Below are positions 37,834 to 47,776 of a stretch of DNA of 64,000 bases, piece after piece. Position 1 is the first letter of the stretch; each line of letters begins with the position of its first letter. Source of the DNA: Promethearchaeota archaeon (GTDB lineage Archaea; Asgardarchaeota; Lokiarchaeia; Sigyniarchaeales; SOKP01); assembly GCA_016840165.1 (NCBI GenBank), contig JAEOSU010000029.1, forward strand, positions 1 to 64,000. Reading direction: 5' to 3'. The notes beneath the pieces are model-generated. The model had not been told where the DNA came from and did no database searches. It saw only the letters and a list, made by a program, of their open reading frames with translations. The position numbers and the translations under genes are program-made.

Positions 37834-39924
37834 CTAACTTCTTACCACTTCAAATGCGTAATCGCAAGGTCCTTTATTTGGACTCACTACAGCTAAGATA
37901 TACCCATCTTCTGAAATATAATCTGTGATATCAAAGGTTCCGGTTTCATATAAATCATCAAGAGTCAAGGTTGCAATCATAGTATATGTAAGATCACCAT
38001 CTAAACCGTTAACATCAATTAATGTTACCATAAAATCAATCTCAGGAGGTTCAGGAGCCGTAAAGAAGACGGTCTCATCAGCGTCATCAATGAGTTCTCC
38101 ATTAATATGGATGTTATCAATCCACCATCCTGGATCTTCTGTACCCCAATCCGTCATATATCTGAAGCAAAGTTCAACTTCTTGACCAGCAAATTCTGTT
38201 AAGTTATAACTCATTGTCAACCACTCTTCGCTTGAACCAGTTAGACCGGGAAGGTTATCGATAATTGCAGGATAGGCATCTGGATCATGATCATATGTTG
38301 TATAATCATTCTCGAGTGATACCCAGTTCTCATCTCCTTCTGGCAGGACTTGGACAAACCCATAATCCCACAAAGGCTCGATATCATAATATGTATCGAA
38401 TGTGAGTATAACTGGTGTATCTGAAGGGAGAGTAATTGTCTGGCATAACTTTACATCAGATTCTGGTTTTGCACTCGTTGAATACCATTCAAGATCACCA
38501 TTTCCGTCTTGATCATCTAAGACCCACGTTGGAACCGTTGCTTTATCATCACCATCAAATAGGAAATCAAGTTTATATGTTTTATCTCCAGGAGGATTAC
38601 TGTTTTCCAGTTCTGTAAACTTTATATAATCTGAACCATACGCTCCTAATAATGAAATTTTGGTATTATAATTTAAGTCAGTTCGAGTAAATCCAAAATC
38701 CGAGCCATGTTTTTCTGGTACAATAGGACTTTTTATTTCATACACTCGTGAATCGATAGCCTCATCTCCTCCCAGATCAATGGTAATATAGTTATACTTT
38801 CCATCTCCAATCAGGTCGGTATGAAGTAAATTTGCTAGTCTCCAATTTTGAAAAATATCATTGAATCTATCAGAATAACCATAATGCGCTAAAGCTTCAT
38901 TTAATCCTTGTATTCCGGGAACACCAGTTTGTACGAAATAACTTAAAAATTCAGCTCCTCCATAATGGTCACTTAAATAAATTGCCCAAAGAAGTGCTTG
39001 ACCGTAATCAGCTAGAATATTGATATCTCCTTGATCGCCCCATTTTGTTAAAGAATTATCAGGTGTGAATAGGAAACTATTGATCGAACTCCAATCAATC
39101 GGATAACCGCATAAAGGTTCAGCATACATTGAGCATCCCTCATTCATAAATGTATCGTCATATGGATTATAGTCATCATGGATAAGATGCTGGTACTCAT
39201 GAGCTAAAACTGCTTCATATAGGTTTTTATGACTCGCATCATCTCCAATTCTATTTTCCCAGTCATGAACATCAATAGTAACTATATTTCGGTCATGTTG
39301 CCTCTCTAAATAACCCCAGTAATATCCAACTATATAATATGGATATTTATCATCATAGAACATCTGATCTCGAATATTAGATAATAAAATAACATTTCTC
39401 CCATTTTCTTCATAATAAGAAGCAGTTGTATCCTCTATCTGAGGATCACTTCCATCATGAAAATATGGTTCACCAAAATATTCTACATCAGTCGGATAAA
39501 TATTATTTTCAAATTCAGTAAGATAGTAGTCGATTTGGTTATCAGTTACTATAGGTGTGTCTCGATTATCCTCATATGCTAAATCGTCTTGTAACCAGAT
39601 TTCAGCGCAACTTCCAATCGCTTTTAACTCAAATGAAGATAAAAATACATCTCCTGTGTAATCATCTAGAACTAACCATTCTAAATGATCTCCAACGGTA
39701 TAATAACCTTCTTGTGCTGTTTCTAAGTATGTTATGAATTCATTTTGAGCATTAGAAGCACGGATAGGTAATTCTTTACTTCTTAACGAGTGTCCAATGT
39801 CTAGTGGTAGATAGTCAATCTTTTCAGTGTCTGGAGTTAAGAAGAAAATAGCTCCCATAACGCCTAAGGTCATAGGGATTACTAACAGGAATAGTAGTGT
39901 AAATATTTTATAAGATTTCTTCAT
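37834..39924 (-). CDS. Secreted zinc metalloprotease (M6/M30-like) with immune-inhibitor-A-type beta domain
   Basis: Signal/TM; AHEYQHLIH...FMNEG; YDIEPLWDYGFVQV...FRYMTD...GWWIDNI. Confidence 0.85.
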   Translation of the reverse strand: MKKSYKIFTLLFLLVIPMTLGVMGAIFFLTPDTEKIDYLPLDIGHSLRSKELPIRASNAQNEFITYLETAQEGYYTVGDHLEWLVLDDYTGDVFLSSFELKAIGSCAEIWLQDDLAYEDNRDTPIVTDNQIDYYLTEFENNIYPTDVEYFGEPYFHDGSDPQIEDTTASYYEENGRNVILLSNIRDQMFYDDKYPYYIVGYYWGYLERQHDRNIVTIDVHDWENRIGDDASHKNLYEAVLAHEYQHLIHDDYNPYDDTFMNEGCSMYAEPLCGYPIDWSSINSFLFTPDNSLTKWGDQGDINILADYGQALLWAIYLSDHYGGAEFLSYFVQTGVPGIQGLNEALAHYGYSDRFNDIFQNWRLANLLHTDLIGDGKYNYITIDLGGDEAIDSRVYEIKSPIVPEKHGSDFGFTRTDLNYNTKISLLGAYGSDYIKFTELENSNPPGDKTYKLDFLFDGDDKATVPTWVLDDQDGNGDLEWYSTSAKPESDVKLCQTITLPSDTPVILTFDTYYDIEPLWDYGFVQVLPEGDENWVSLENDYTTYDHDPDAYPAIIDNLPGLTGSSEEWLTMSYNLTEFAGQEVELCFRYMTDWGTEDPGWWIDNIHINGELIDDADETVFFTAPEPPEIDFMVTLIDVNGLDGDLTYTMIATLTLDDLYETGTFDITDYISEDGYILAVVSPNKGPCDYAFEVVRS

Positions 39925-40208
39925 TTTTAATAACCACATTAAATTTGTGTGGTTAGAATTAATTCTTTTGATATAAAAAGAAATAAGGTATAATGTTCCC
40001 CCATTGACAAATATGAAAAATTCACGTTATTGGATTATTGTAAGAATTTATATCTTGATTATTGATAACACTCTTGTATGTATCTTTCAAGGCGTCTAGT
40101 AAAACACGGTTTAAAAAAGTTTTTCAATTAGGGATGACATGATTTCTAAAATCTTTGTTCATTTTGTTTATGATTTTTATACATCATTATTTGTTGTGAT
40201 AAGGTTAG

Positions 40209-40625
40209 ATGGAATTAATAGAAGAAAATTCTGTTGCTGCAGTAGTCTATTACAGAAATGAGTATCTATTGCTTAAATATGGGCTCGGCCATTGGGAATA
40301 TGTCAAAGGCCATATGGAGTCGGAAGAAACTGAAAAAGAAACTATTATGCGGGAGTTAGAAGAAGAAACCAGTATAAAAGAAGCATCAATAATAGAAGGA
40401 TTTAATGAAAAATATGATTATTTATTTACCTCAAAGGGAAAAAAAATCCATAAATTTGTAAGTTGCTATCTTATAAAATCTAATACGAAAAATGTAACAC
40501 TAAGTTTTGAGCATGTTGGTTATAAATGGCTGTCGTTTCAAAAAGCAATCAAACAGTTAACTTATGATAATGCTAAAAAAGTACTAAAGAAGGCTCATAA
40601 CTTCCGTTTGTTAACCTTTGTATAG
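40209..40625 (+). CDS. NUDIX hydrolase (Ap4A hydrolase-like)
   Basis: HWEYVKGHME...RELEEET; LSFEH...W. Confidence 0.9.
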   Translation: MELIEENSVAAVVYYRNEYLLLKYGLGHWEYVKGHMESEETEKETIMRELEEETSIKEASIIEGFNEKYDYLFTSKGKKIHKFVSCYLIKSNTKNVTLSFEHVGYKWLSFQKAIKQLTYDNAKKVLKKAHNFRLLTFV

Positions 40626-40679
40626 AAATTAAGAGAAAAAAGTTGTATAATTATCTATTAATTTATTTAGAAATCTTAC

Positions 40680-40862
40680 TTAATCATCTAAAAGTTCTTC
40701 TTCTCCTTCTTTAAAGGTTTTTTTTATACCTTTTTTAACGCTTCCTTTCTTAACCCCCTTTTTCACACCCTTTCCTACTGCTTCACTTCCCGTAACCTCT
40801 TCAGCAATCCCTCCAGCGACCTTAGCGAAACCTTTTTTGAATTTTTTTCCTAAACCACCCAT
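40680..40862 (-). CDS. 60-aa Lys/Gly-rich microprotein
   Basis: AGGTGA SD upstream of ATG; isolated between AT-rich spacers; repeated (V/I/F)KKG. Confidence 0.7.
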   Translation of the reverse strand: MGGLGKKFKKGFAKVAGGIAEEVTGSEAVGKGVKKGVKKGSVKKGIKKTFKEGEEELLDD

Positions 40863-41072
40863 ATAATCATCACCTTATTTATATCAAGTTCGTTAAATAC
40901 TTTTATTTTATTAGTAAAAGAAATGTTATTTAAATCTCAACTATTATTAAGATTTTTTTAGATTATATCGATGGGGTCCAATGTCTTTATATTACCCTTT
41001 TTAAATATAAGAATAAGTACTATAAGTTGACTATGATTACTTCTATTTTAAAAATAATAAAAGAAATTAACC

Positions 41073-41999
41073 ATGAATAAAGAAACACTATTAGAAAAAT
41101 TTCACACTTTTCTAAAGTCTAAAAATTATGAAGGTAGGATTGTATCTGCGAATCATATCCCTGATATACTTAGTGATATTAAAAAACTCCATGATCATAA
41201 AGAAATTTATCCAGCACTTTATCAACAATATAAAGATCTTTTTGAGTTTAAACCAGAAGCGAGCTTTGGTTCTATAAAGTCTCTCATTATTGTAGCTATA
41301 CCCGTTCCTCAGTTTAAGCTAACCTTTCGATTGAATAATAACGATTTATCAACAATAATTCCTCCAACCTACCTTTATAGTCAAAAAATAATCGATGAGA
41401 CTCAAAAATTATTATATAATATTTTTTCTGCTGAAGGGTATAAAGTTGCTTATGCACGAATCCCATTTAAAACGCTTGCTGTTCGCAGTGGTTTAGCGAG
41501 ATATGGGCGTAATAATATTAGCTATATTTCAAATATGGGAAGTTTTTATCGGTTATGCAGTTATTATTCAGACTTTAAATCAGAAGAAGATAATTGGCAT
41601 GAATTAAAGATGATGAATACTTGCGAAAAATGTTCAGCATGCCGCCTTGCTTGTCCCACAGGAGCCATTTCAAATGATAGATTTTTGTTACACGTTGAGC
41701 GATGCCTTACTTATCATAACGAACAGCCCATTGGGGTGGCATTTCCTCAATGGATTGAACGCGAATGGCATAATTGTCTTGTTGGATGCCTTAAATGTCA
41801 AAGAATTTGTCCTGAAAACAAAATAGTGAAAGATTGGATTGAGATAGGTCCCAGTTTCACACAAGAAGAAACTGAGCTTTTTCTCAGAGAGATCCCGTTT
41901 AATGAACTTCCCGAGCAAACCAAAAGAAAGCTTAAAAAAAGTGAATTGGATGAATATGCCGAAGTATTTGCCCGAAATCTTAAGCCATTTTTAAACTGA
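41073..41999 (+). CDS. QueG/reductive-dehalogenase-like 2x[4Fe-4S] protein
   Basis: KTLAVRSGLARYGRNN, GSF, CEKCSACRLACPTGA, RCL, GCLKCQRICP. Confidence 0.85.
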   Translation: MNKETLLEKFHTFLKSKNYEGRIVSANHIPDILSDIKKLHDHKEIYPALYQQYKDLFEFKPEASFGSIKSLIIVAIPVPQFKLTFRLNNNDLSTIIPPTYLYSQKIIDETQKLLYNIFSAEGYKVAYARIPFKTLAVRSGLARYGRNNISYISNMGSFYRLCSYYSDFKSEEDNWHELKMMNTCEKCSACRLACPTGAISNDRFLLHVERCLTYHNEQPIGVAFPQWIEREWHNCLVGCLKCQRICPENKIVKDWIEIGPSFTQEETELFLREIPFNELPEQTKRKLKKSELDEYAEVFARNLKPFLN

Positions 42000-42157
42000 A
42001 TAGATAAAATTAAGAAATTAATTATCAATATAATTAAATATTTTAAATGAAAATCTGTCTTTAATAATTTAAATAATTTTGAATTAGATTTATTTATATG
42101 AAATATATAAAAGACATGAAAAAGTGTAAAATAATTTTTTGAAAACGAGGATCTAAA

Positions 42158-43372
42158 ATGAGTGAAAACTTAAAAGATTTAATCGATAAAGCGGAGGAAG
42201 ACGAACATTCAAGAGCAGTAATGGAAAAGACAATCGAAAAGTTGAAACTAGAAGTCAAGAGTTTAAATGCTAAGTTAGATAGCAAAAAAGAGCCCTTTAA
42301 ACCTCCCCGATCGCGATTAGAGGAAGAAAGAGAAGACTCGGACGAGATAAAGACATTAAAGGAGATGGTGACCTCTCTTAGAGAGGACCTTAATCAAAAG
42401 GATCAAGAAAAAGACAAATTGAATGAGAAAGTCAGAGTTTTAACAAAAGAAATGGATGAAATGAAAGAAAAGGAATCAGACTCTATCAAAGAGGAGATCC
42501 TTTTGAAAACACAAAACTCTTTGAATAATCTAATTGAGGATTACAGCAGATTAGAAAAGAATAATAAGTTCCTAAAGGAAGAAATTGCGAAACTGCAGCA
42601 GGAGATTGATAAAAGTTCAGAAAAGTCTGAACTGACTCAAAGTGAAGGATTAAAGCAAGAAATTGATATATTAAAAAACCAAATATCAAGTTTAGAAGAT
42701 AAAAATAAGTCTCTTATACACAATATCCAACTTTTAGAAAACAAATCCTCTTCATCAGAAGAACTAGATATCTTAATAGAAAAACTAAAACAAAATAATT
42801 CTCAATTAGAAATGGAAAATAAAAGATTAAATGAAAAATTAGAGGAGTTGAAGCGAGATAAGCTAAGAATCCTTAAATATGAAAAGCAAATTTCAGAATT
42901 AAATATGAAAATTAACCAGCTCGAAGAGGCAAATAAGCTACTAAAAAAAAGAGACTCAATATTATTAGCAAAAACAATAACTGCTATGGAACCCCAAATA
43001 GTAAAAAAAAGTGCTAAAATACAAACACCAGTAGTAAAACCTCTTCAATCGAATATTATTGAGGAACTAAAACCCAAAGAACCAAGTAAAGTAGTAGAAG
43101 AACAAAAAAAGCCAATTTTAGTTTCACAACCAATTAAAGAAGTATTAAAACAAGCACCAATTCCTACATCTGAGGAATACCAAGAATCAATTGAGTCACC
43201 AATAGAGGAAGTTGAGGAAGAAGCAACACGTAAATGGCAGTGTCCTCACTGTGGAAATGCAAATAAAAGCCAAATAAGAGAGTTAGACGATAAAACACGA
43301 TTAATTTATTCCTATCCGAAAATTTACGCCAAAAAATATATTTGCGGGCAATGTGGGAAAGAGTGGAGATAA
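42158..43372 (+). CDS. Long coiled-coil protein with C-terminal zinc ribbon
   Basis: About 260 aa of heptads, a Pro/Glu linker, then CPHCGN...CGQCG. Confidence 0.85.
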   Translation: MSENLKDLIDKAEEDEHSRAVMEKTIEKLKLEVKSLNAKLDSKKEPFKPPRSRLEEEREDSDEIKTLKEMVTSLREDLNQKDQEKDKLNEKVRVLTKEMDEMKEKESDSIKEEILLKTQNSLNNLIEDYSRLEKNNKFLKEEIAKLQQEIDKSSEKSELTQSEGLKQEIDILKNQISSLEDKNKSLIHNIQLLENKSSSSEELDILIEKLKQNNSQLEMENKRLNEKLEELKRDKLRILKYEKQISELNMKINQLEEANKLLKKRDSILLAKTITAMEPQIVKKSAKIQTPVVKPLQSNIIEELKPKEPSKVVEEQKKPILVSQPIKEVLKQAPIPTSEEYQESIESPIEEVEEEATRKWQCPHCGNANKSQIRELDDKTRLIYSYPKIYAKKYICGQCGKEWR

Positions 43373-43394
43373 AGAAGTAGCGAAGGCAATTGTT

Positions 43395-43871
43395 ATGGCG
43401 GAATATCACATTCCTTATAATTTTCGCAAGGATAATCCTATAGAAAAATATGCTGAAGTGAAAAAGAGTCGCATTCATGGATTAGGTTTATTTGCAAAGG
43501 TTCTGATTCCAAAAGGGGCTATTTGGTGGCATGCCCGCCCTCAAGATGTCTTAATTATCTCAAAAAAACAGTTTTTAACTCTTGATTCATCAAAGAAGGC
43601 GAATATAATGGCGAATTTTATGAAATCGCTATTGACATATTCTTATTATGAACGAGATTTAGATGCGCTTATTTTATGTTTGGATAATTCCCGATATGTG
43701 AATCATTCATTTGACGCAAATTCGGGAGCTTCTGAGGATGAGAACGGATTTTTTGCCGTAGCACAGAAAGATATCTCTGCTGGCGTAGAAATTACCGAAG
43801 ATTATTCAAAATATAATCTTTGCCCATGGTTAAAGAAATATAAAGAATATTTTGATCCTTCTTGTTGGTAA
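43395..43871 (+). CDS. SET-domain protein (lysine methyltransferase fold)
   Basis: SRIHGLGLFA, YVNHSFDAN, DISAGVEITEDY; ATG at 43395 preferred. Confidence 0.9.
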   Translation: MAEYHIPYNFRKDNPIEKYAEVKKSRIHGLGLFAKVLIPKGAIWWHARPQDVLIISKKQFLTLDSSKKANIMANFMKSLLTYSYYERDLDALILCLDNSRYVNHSFDANSGASEDENGFFAVAQKDISAGVEITEDYSKYNLCPWLKKYKEYFDPSCW

Positions 43872-44045
43872 ACTATCATTAAAAATTGAAGGAATGGAAT
43901 TAACTTAACGAAATTAACAAATTATGAATGATCATTCTAAATTTATAAGTTTTTGACAATTACTGTGCTCCTAATCTTTTTTAAGGTAAAATATATTTAT
44001 TTGTCTTAATTTACCTAAACAATATCATTCAAATTGAACTTACAA

Positions 44046-44969
44046 ATGGATCTAAAAACAAAATTAAAAGCTTATTTAGATTTAACGCGAGCACATTTTG
44101 CTATTGTATGGCCCTTACTATTTCTATCTGGGTTAATGCTCGCATTCAAGGATTACAATGTATTCTCATGGTCGCTAGTCATTCGTGTAGTTTTTATTGG
44201 ACTTTTCGGGTTTGAAGCAGGTATGGTGCTTAACGATATTATTGACAGAAATATTGATAAAAAAGTAGGAGACAATAAGTTTACTAAGTATTGGCGCCCT
44301 TTTAATGAACGTCCTTTAACCTCAGGAATAATTTCACTTAAAGAAGCACTCTCGGTTTTTGTTTTATTCGTTTTAATTGCCGCATTTTTAATTGCCACCT
44401 TACCATTTCCTAATAATCTCTATGTCTATATTATTATGATATATGCCTACTCAATGGAAGTATTTTATCAAATAGTAAAAAGAAAACAAAATTTTCCAAT
44501 AGCCCAATTATTAGGAAGGACTGATTTAGTCTTGTTTCCTGTGGCAGGATATTTATGTTACGGTCAACCAACTTGCACCATTTTTCTCTATATTCTTTTC
44601 TTGTATCCTTGGGCTCAAGCACATTTGGGAGTGAACGATATTGGTGATTATGACAACGACCAAGAAAAAAACTTGAAAACCATCACAGTCTTATATGGGA
44701 TAAAAGGAAACTTGCTTTGGATATCAATTTTTACGCTAATAAATATCTCTACAGCCATATTTTTTATAATTTTCAGGATGGGCTTAGTTGCATTAGTGGG
44801 ATTTTCATTATCTTTTGCACTCCTCCTTCTATCAAATATATTCTTGCTTAAAAGGAGAGATCCGGATACTGGAATAAAAGTTCTACCCATATTTCATGCA
44901 AGTCTTTTGATTTACATCTTATCAATTATTCTCGATTCGATTTTCTATTATCCTTTCTTAATCAGTTAA
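44046..44969 (+). CDS. UbiA-family prenyltransferase
   Basis: NDIIDRNID...RPL and NDIGDYDND...KT motifs; multi-TM. Confidence 0.9.
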   Translation: MDLKTKLKAYLDLTRAHFAIVWPLLFLSGLMLAFKDYNVFSWSLVIRVVFIGLFGFEAGMVLNDIIDRNIDKKVGDNKFTKYWRPFNERPLTSGIISLKEALSVFVLFVLIAAFLIATLPFPNNLYVYIIMIYAYSMEVFYQIVKRKQNFPIAQLLGRTDLVLFPVAGYLCYGQPTCTIFLYILFLYPWAQAHLGVNDIGDYDNDQEKNLKTITVLYGIKGNLLWISIFTLINISTAIFFIIFRMGLVALVGFSLSFALLLLSNIFLLKRRDPDTGIKVLPIFHASLLIYILSIILDSIFYYPFLIS

Positions 44970-45048
44970 AGAAAAATCTAATAATTCTTTTTTTATCTAC
45001 TTACTTATTCATCATTATTATAAGAATAATTTAGATAGATAGGAAATC

Positions 45049-45603
45049 GTGACTTCTATAGAAGAATGGAAAAGTAAAATTGCGCCTAATGTACTCAAAG
45101 AGATAGGATTTAAACTTGGGCAAGTAATAGTTGACTTTGGATGTGGAACTGGAATTTATGATGTCATTCTTTCAACTATTATCGGACCTAAAGGCAAAAT
45201 TTATGCTATTGATTCAGATGAAAAAGGATTACTCTCTCAACTCTATAGTGAAATTGATAAACTTAAATTACAGAATATTGAGGTTATTGAAACCTCTGGA
45301 GAGATCGAATTTCCTATACCAGATAAGGTGGCTAATTTTATACTAATCTATGACGTTATGCATATAATTAACGAAAATGATAGAGATCCATTAATTAAAG
45401 AAGCATCTCGTATGCTCAAGAAAGAAGGAATTATTTCTTATCATGCGACACATGTTGATGGTAAAAATGATGAGTTTATTCAAGAAATTCATAAATTAAT
45501 GCAAAATAATGGATTTATTTTGTCAGAGACTTTAAAAAAACCGATGTTTCATTGGTCTTGGATTCAAGACTCATGGATCTTTAATTATCGTCGAAAAATC
45601 TAA
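45049..45603 (+). CDS. Class I SAM-dependent methyltransferase
   Basis: VDFGCGTG, IYAID, RMLKKEG. Confidence 0.88.
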   Translation: MTSIEEWKSKIAPNVLKEIGFKLGQVIVDFGCGTGIYDVILSTIIGPKGKIYAIDSDEKGLLSQLYSEIDKLKLQNIEVIETSGEIEFPIPDKVANFILIYDVMHIINENDRDPLIKEASRMLKKEGIISYHATHVDGKNDEFIQEIHKLMQNNGFILSETLKKPMFHWSWIQDSWIFNYRRKI

Positions 45604-45651
45604 ACTATCATAGGATTTTAAATAAAACTATAAAAAAAAAAGTTAATTAAT

Positions 45652-45945
45652 TTAACCCATTATTTTCATTGCATCTCGAGCACTAACTAAAACTTCTAAT
45701 TTAGCTTCAATATGTTCGTTATCAATGAAAGGCTTCATAATCTTGGAGATATCGACAATTGCATCATCTCCATGATTCTTTTCTATGTGAATAATATTAT
45801 ATTGTTTCATTCCCTTTTTCCCATCACCAGTTTGTAAAATTTGCCACTTTTTAACATAATCGGGCATTTTTGGCATTTTTTTGGCAATATCTATTAAATC
45901 TTTTGACATAGATGAAGGATACCATAATATAAAGTTTAAAATCAT
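45652..45945 (-). CDS. Small hypothetical protein
   Basis: GAGGTG SD upstream of the ATG at 45945. Confidence 0.7.
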   Translation of the reverse strand: MILNFILWYPSSMSKDLIDIAKKMPKMPDYVKKWQILQTGDGKKGMKQYNIIHIEKNHGDDAIVDISKIMKPFIDNEHIEAKLEVLVSARDAMKIMG

Positions 45946-46077
45946 GCAAACACACCTCATAGTGTATTTTTAATAACTAGATTTCGCATCTAGTAAGATT
46001 AAATTGATTTACAAGGTATTTAAAAGTTTACATTAATGTCCAAAAAATCATTACACAATTACATAAGATCTTGTTAA

Positions 46078-47100
46078 TCACATTTTTCTGCCACAATATG
46101 GGCAGATTTTAGCCGAAAATTCAACCAATTTTCCACAATTTGAACATTTTACTTTAACAAAACCATGGTTTGATATTTTAAAGCCAGTAGCTAAATTATC
46201 CATAAACTGTGGTATTGAATCATGATCAACCACGACTTCGTCACCATCTACGATGAAATTAAATTTCTTAGCCCACCTAAATATTTTCTCGAAAAATTCT
46301 TTCTCATCCATATCCAATGCTAGTCGCATTGTATCCAACTTAATTTTACTGGATACTGCCAACATTGTTTTAATTTGCTTAATCAACTCTCTTTTTTTTT
46401 CTTCAATTTGTAGTTGTTCAGTTTCTTTATAGTTTTTCGCTTGATTGATTAATTCATAAAGCTTGTCAGTTTTTAATTCATCTTGCTTTATTAAACGTGA
46501 ATTACTCTTCAAGGCAAGATATGAAGTAATTTTCTTCTGAATATTGACAATTTGGATATAAGCCACTGAATCTATTAATTCCCTATGGATATCTTTTATT
46601 TGAGTGACTTTTTCATGATAGACAGAGTTTTTATTGAAAAATTTAAAGCTTAGACCATTTTCCGTAAGAATAAGGAAACCTTCATGTAATTTTGCTTTCC
46701 AATCGACCTCAGAAGGCACCCCTTTCCAGAATGCTGCTTTCGTTTCATAAAGCACGGGATAATCATTTTTATAGGCAGCACGAGTTAATTGTTGAAATAA
46801 ATATTCTGTAAGGGTTTTTGAACTTTTTAAAGAGCTATTTCCCCTCTTATGAGGATAAAAATTATACTTATTAACTTTATCTATAGTTAATTCGATAGTA
46901 TGTAGATTACGCCGTTTTCTTATCACAAAATTATCAATTTCTGAGATATTAATCTGAAAAAGAATTTGGTCTTTGATTGATTTAAAGGAAAAGGTTCTAT
47001 CTGTTAATATGATAGTTCCCCGAGACTTTTTTGAAATTAGGGCAAAATAATTTGCTTCCCCTGAAACAAAATTGCCATATGATTCAAAAAGGATCACCAT
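46078..47100 (-). CDS. Tandem PH/GRAM-like domains + wHTH/PCI-like domain + zinc ribbon
   Basis: RGTIILTDRTFSF and EGFLILTENGLSF repeats; KIKLDTMRLALDM...W; CSNCG...CPYCG. Confidence 0.7.
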   Translation of the reverse strand: MVILFESYGNFVSGEANYFALISKKSRGTIILTDRTFSFKSIKDQILFQINISEIDNFVIRKRRNLHTIELTIDKVNKYNFYPHKRGNSSLKSSKTLTEYLFQQLTRAAYKNDYPVLYETKAAFWKGVPSEVDWKAKLHEGFLILTENGLSFKFFNKNSVYHEKVTQIKDIHRELIDSVAYIQIVNIQKKITSYLALKSNSRLIKQDELKTDKLYELINQAKNYKETEQLQIEEKKRELIKQIKTMLAVSSKIKLDTMRLALDMDEKEFFEKIFRWAKKFNFIVDGDEVVVDHDSIPQFMDNLATGFKISNHGFVKVKCSNCGKLVEFSAKICPYCGRKM

Positions 47101-47356
47101 TTCAAATTCAATAAAAAAGTTCTACCCATATATAATTTTGCATTCCAAAGTATGAAGAATCTCATTTAAAATCGAGCCTACTATGTTGAAACGAAATGAT
47201 ACTTTTAATTTTGCGCAATAAAATAAAAAAAAATACGGAAAACCGAGAATTAATAAAAACCATAAATCTTCCATAAAGAATTTTTACTAATTTTCTATCT
47301 TTTCTCTTTATTCCCTTTATTTAACTACTTTTTGACACTTTTTTAATTACTTAGAA

Positions 47357-47611
47357 TTAATAATCGCGTCTTCGTGATCTATGACTCTTACGTGGACCTT
47401 CTTCAATAACCTTAATGTCTATGGCTTGGGGGCCTTTATCACCCTCAGAAACAGAGAATTCTACGACATCTCCTTCATAGATAGTTTTAAACTCGCCCTC
47501 ATCTCCCTTAATGGCAGAATAATGAGCGAAGATATCACCAGAACCATCATCTTGAGTTATAAATCCGTAACCCTTTCGGGCGTCGAACCATTTAACTTTA
47601 CCAGTTGGCAT
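47357..47611 (-). CDS. cspA: Cold-shock domain protein
   Basis: GKVKWFDARKGYGFI (RNP1), DIFAHYSAI (RNP2), KGPQA; Arg-rich tail. Confidence 0.95.
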   Translation of the reverse strand: MPTGKVKWFDARKGYGFITQDDGSGDIFAHYSAIKGDEGEFKTIYEGDVVEFSVSEGDKGPQAIDIKVIEEGPRKSHRSRRRDY

Positions 47612-47634
47612 TACAAAAAACCTTTGTGTACATT

Positions 47635-47661
47635 AGAGCACATTCAATTACAATGCACTCT
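47635..47661 (-). promoter_or_regulatory. Hairpin in the putative csp 5' leader
   Basis: Sense strand AGAGUGCAUU-GUAAUUG-AAUGUGCUCU forms a 10-bp stem with two G-U pairs. Confidence 0.55.
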
Positions 47662-47776
47662 TCAAGTGATAATAAATTATTGGTATGTAATAAAAATTGT
47701 GGTATTAGAATCAAATTTGTATTACAATCTATGTTATAAGGAAAATTATAAATAGTCCTCAAATAAAAACTATATT

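Noticed and set aside
45976-45994. Inverted repeat ACTAGAT-N5-ATCTAGT
   Set aside because: Short and single; cannot be distinguished from chance.
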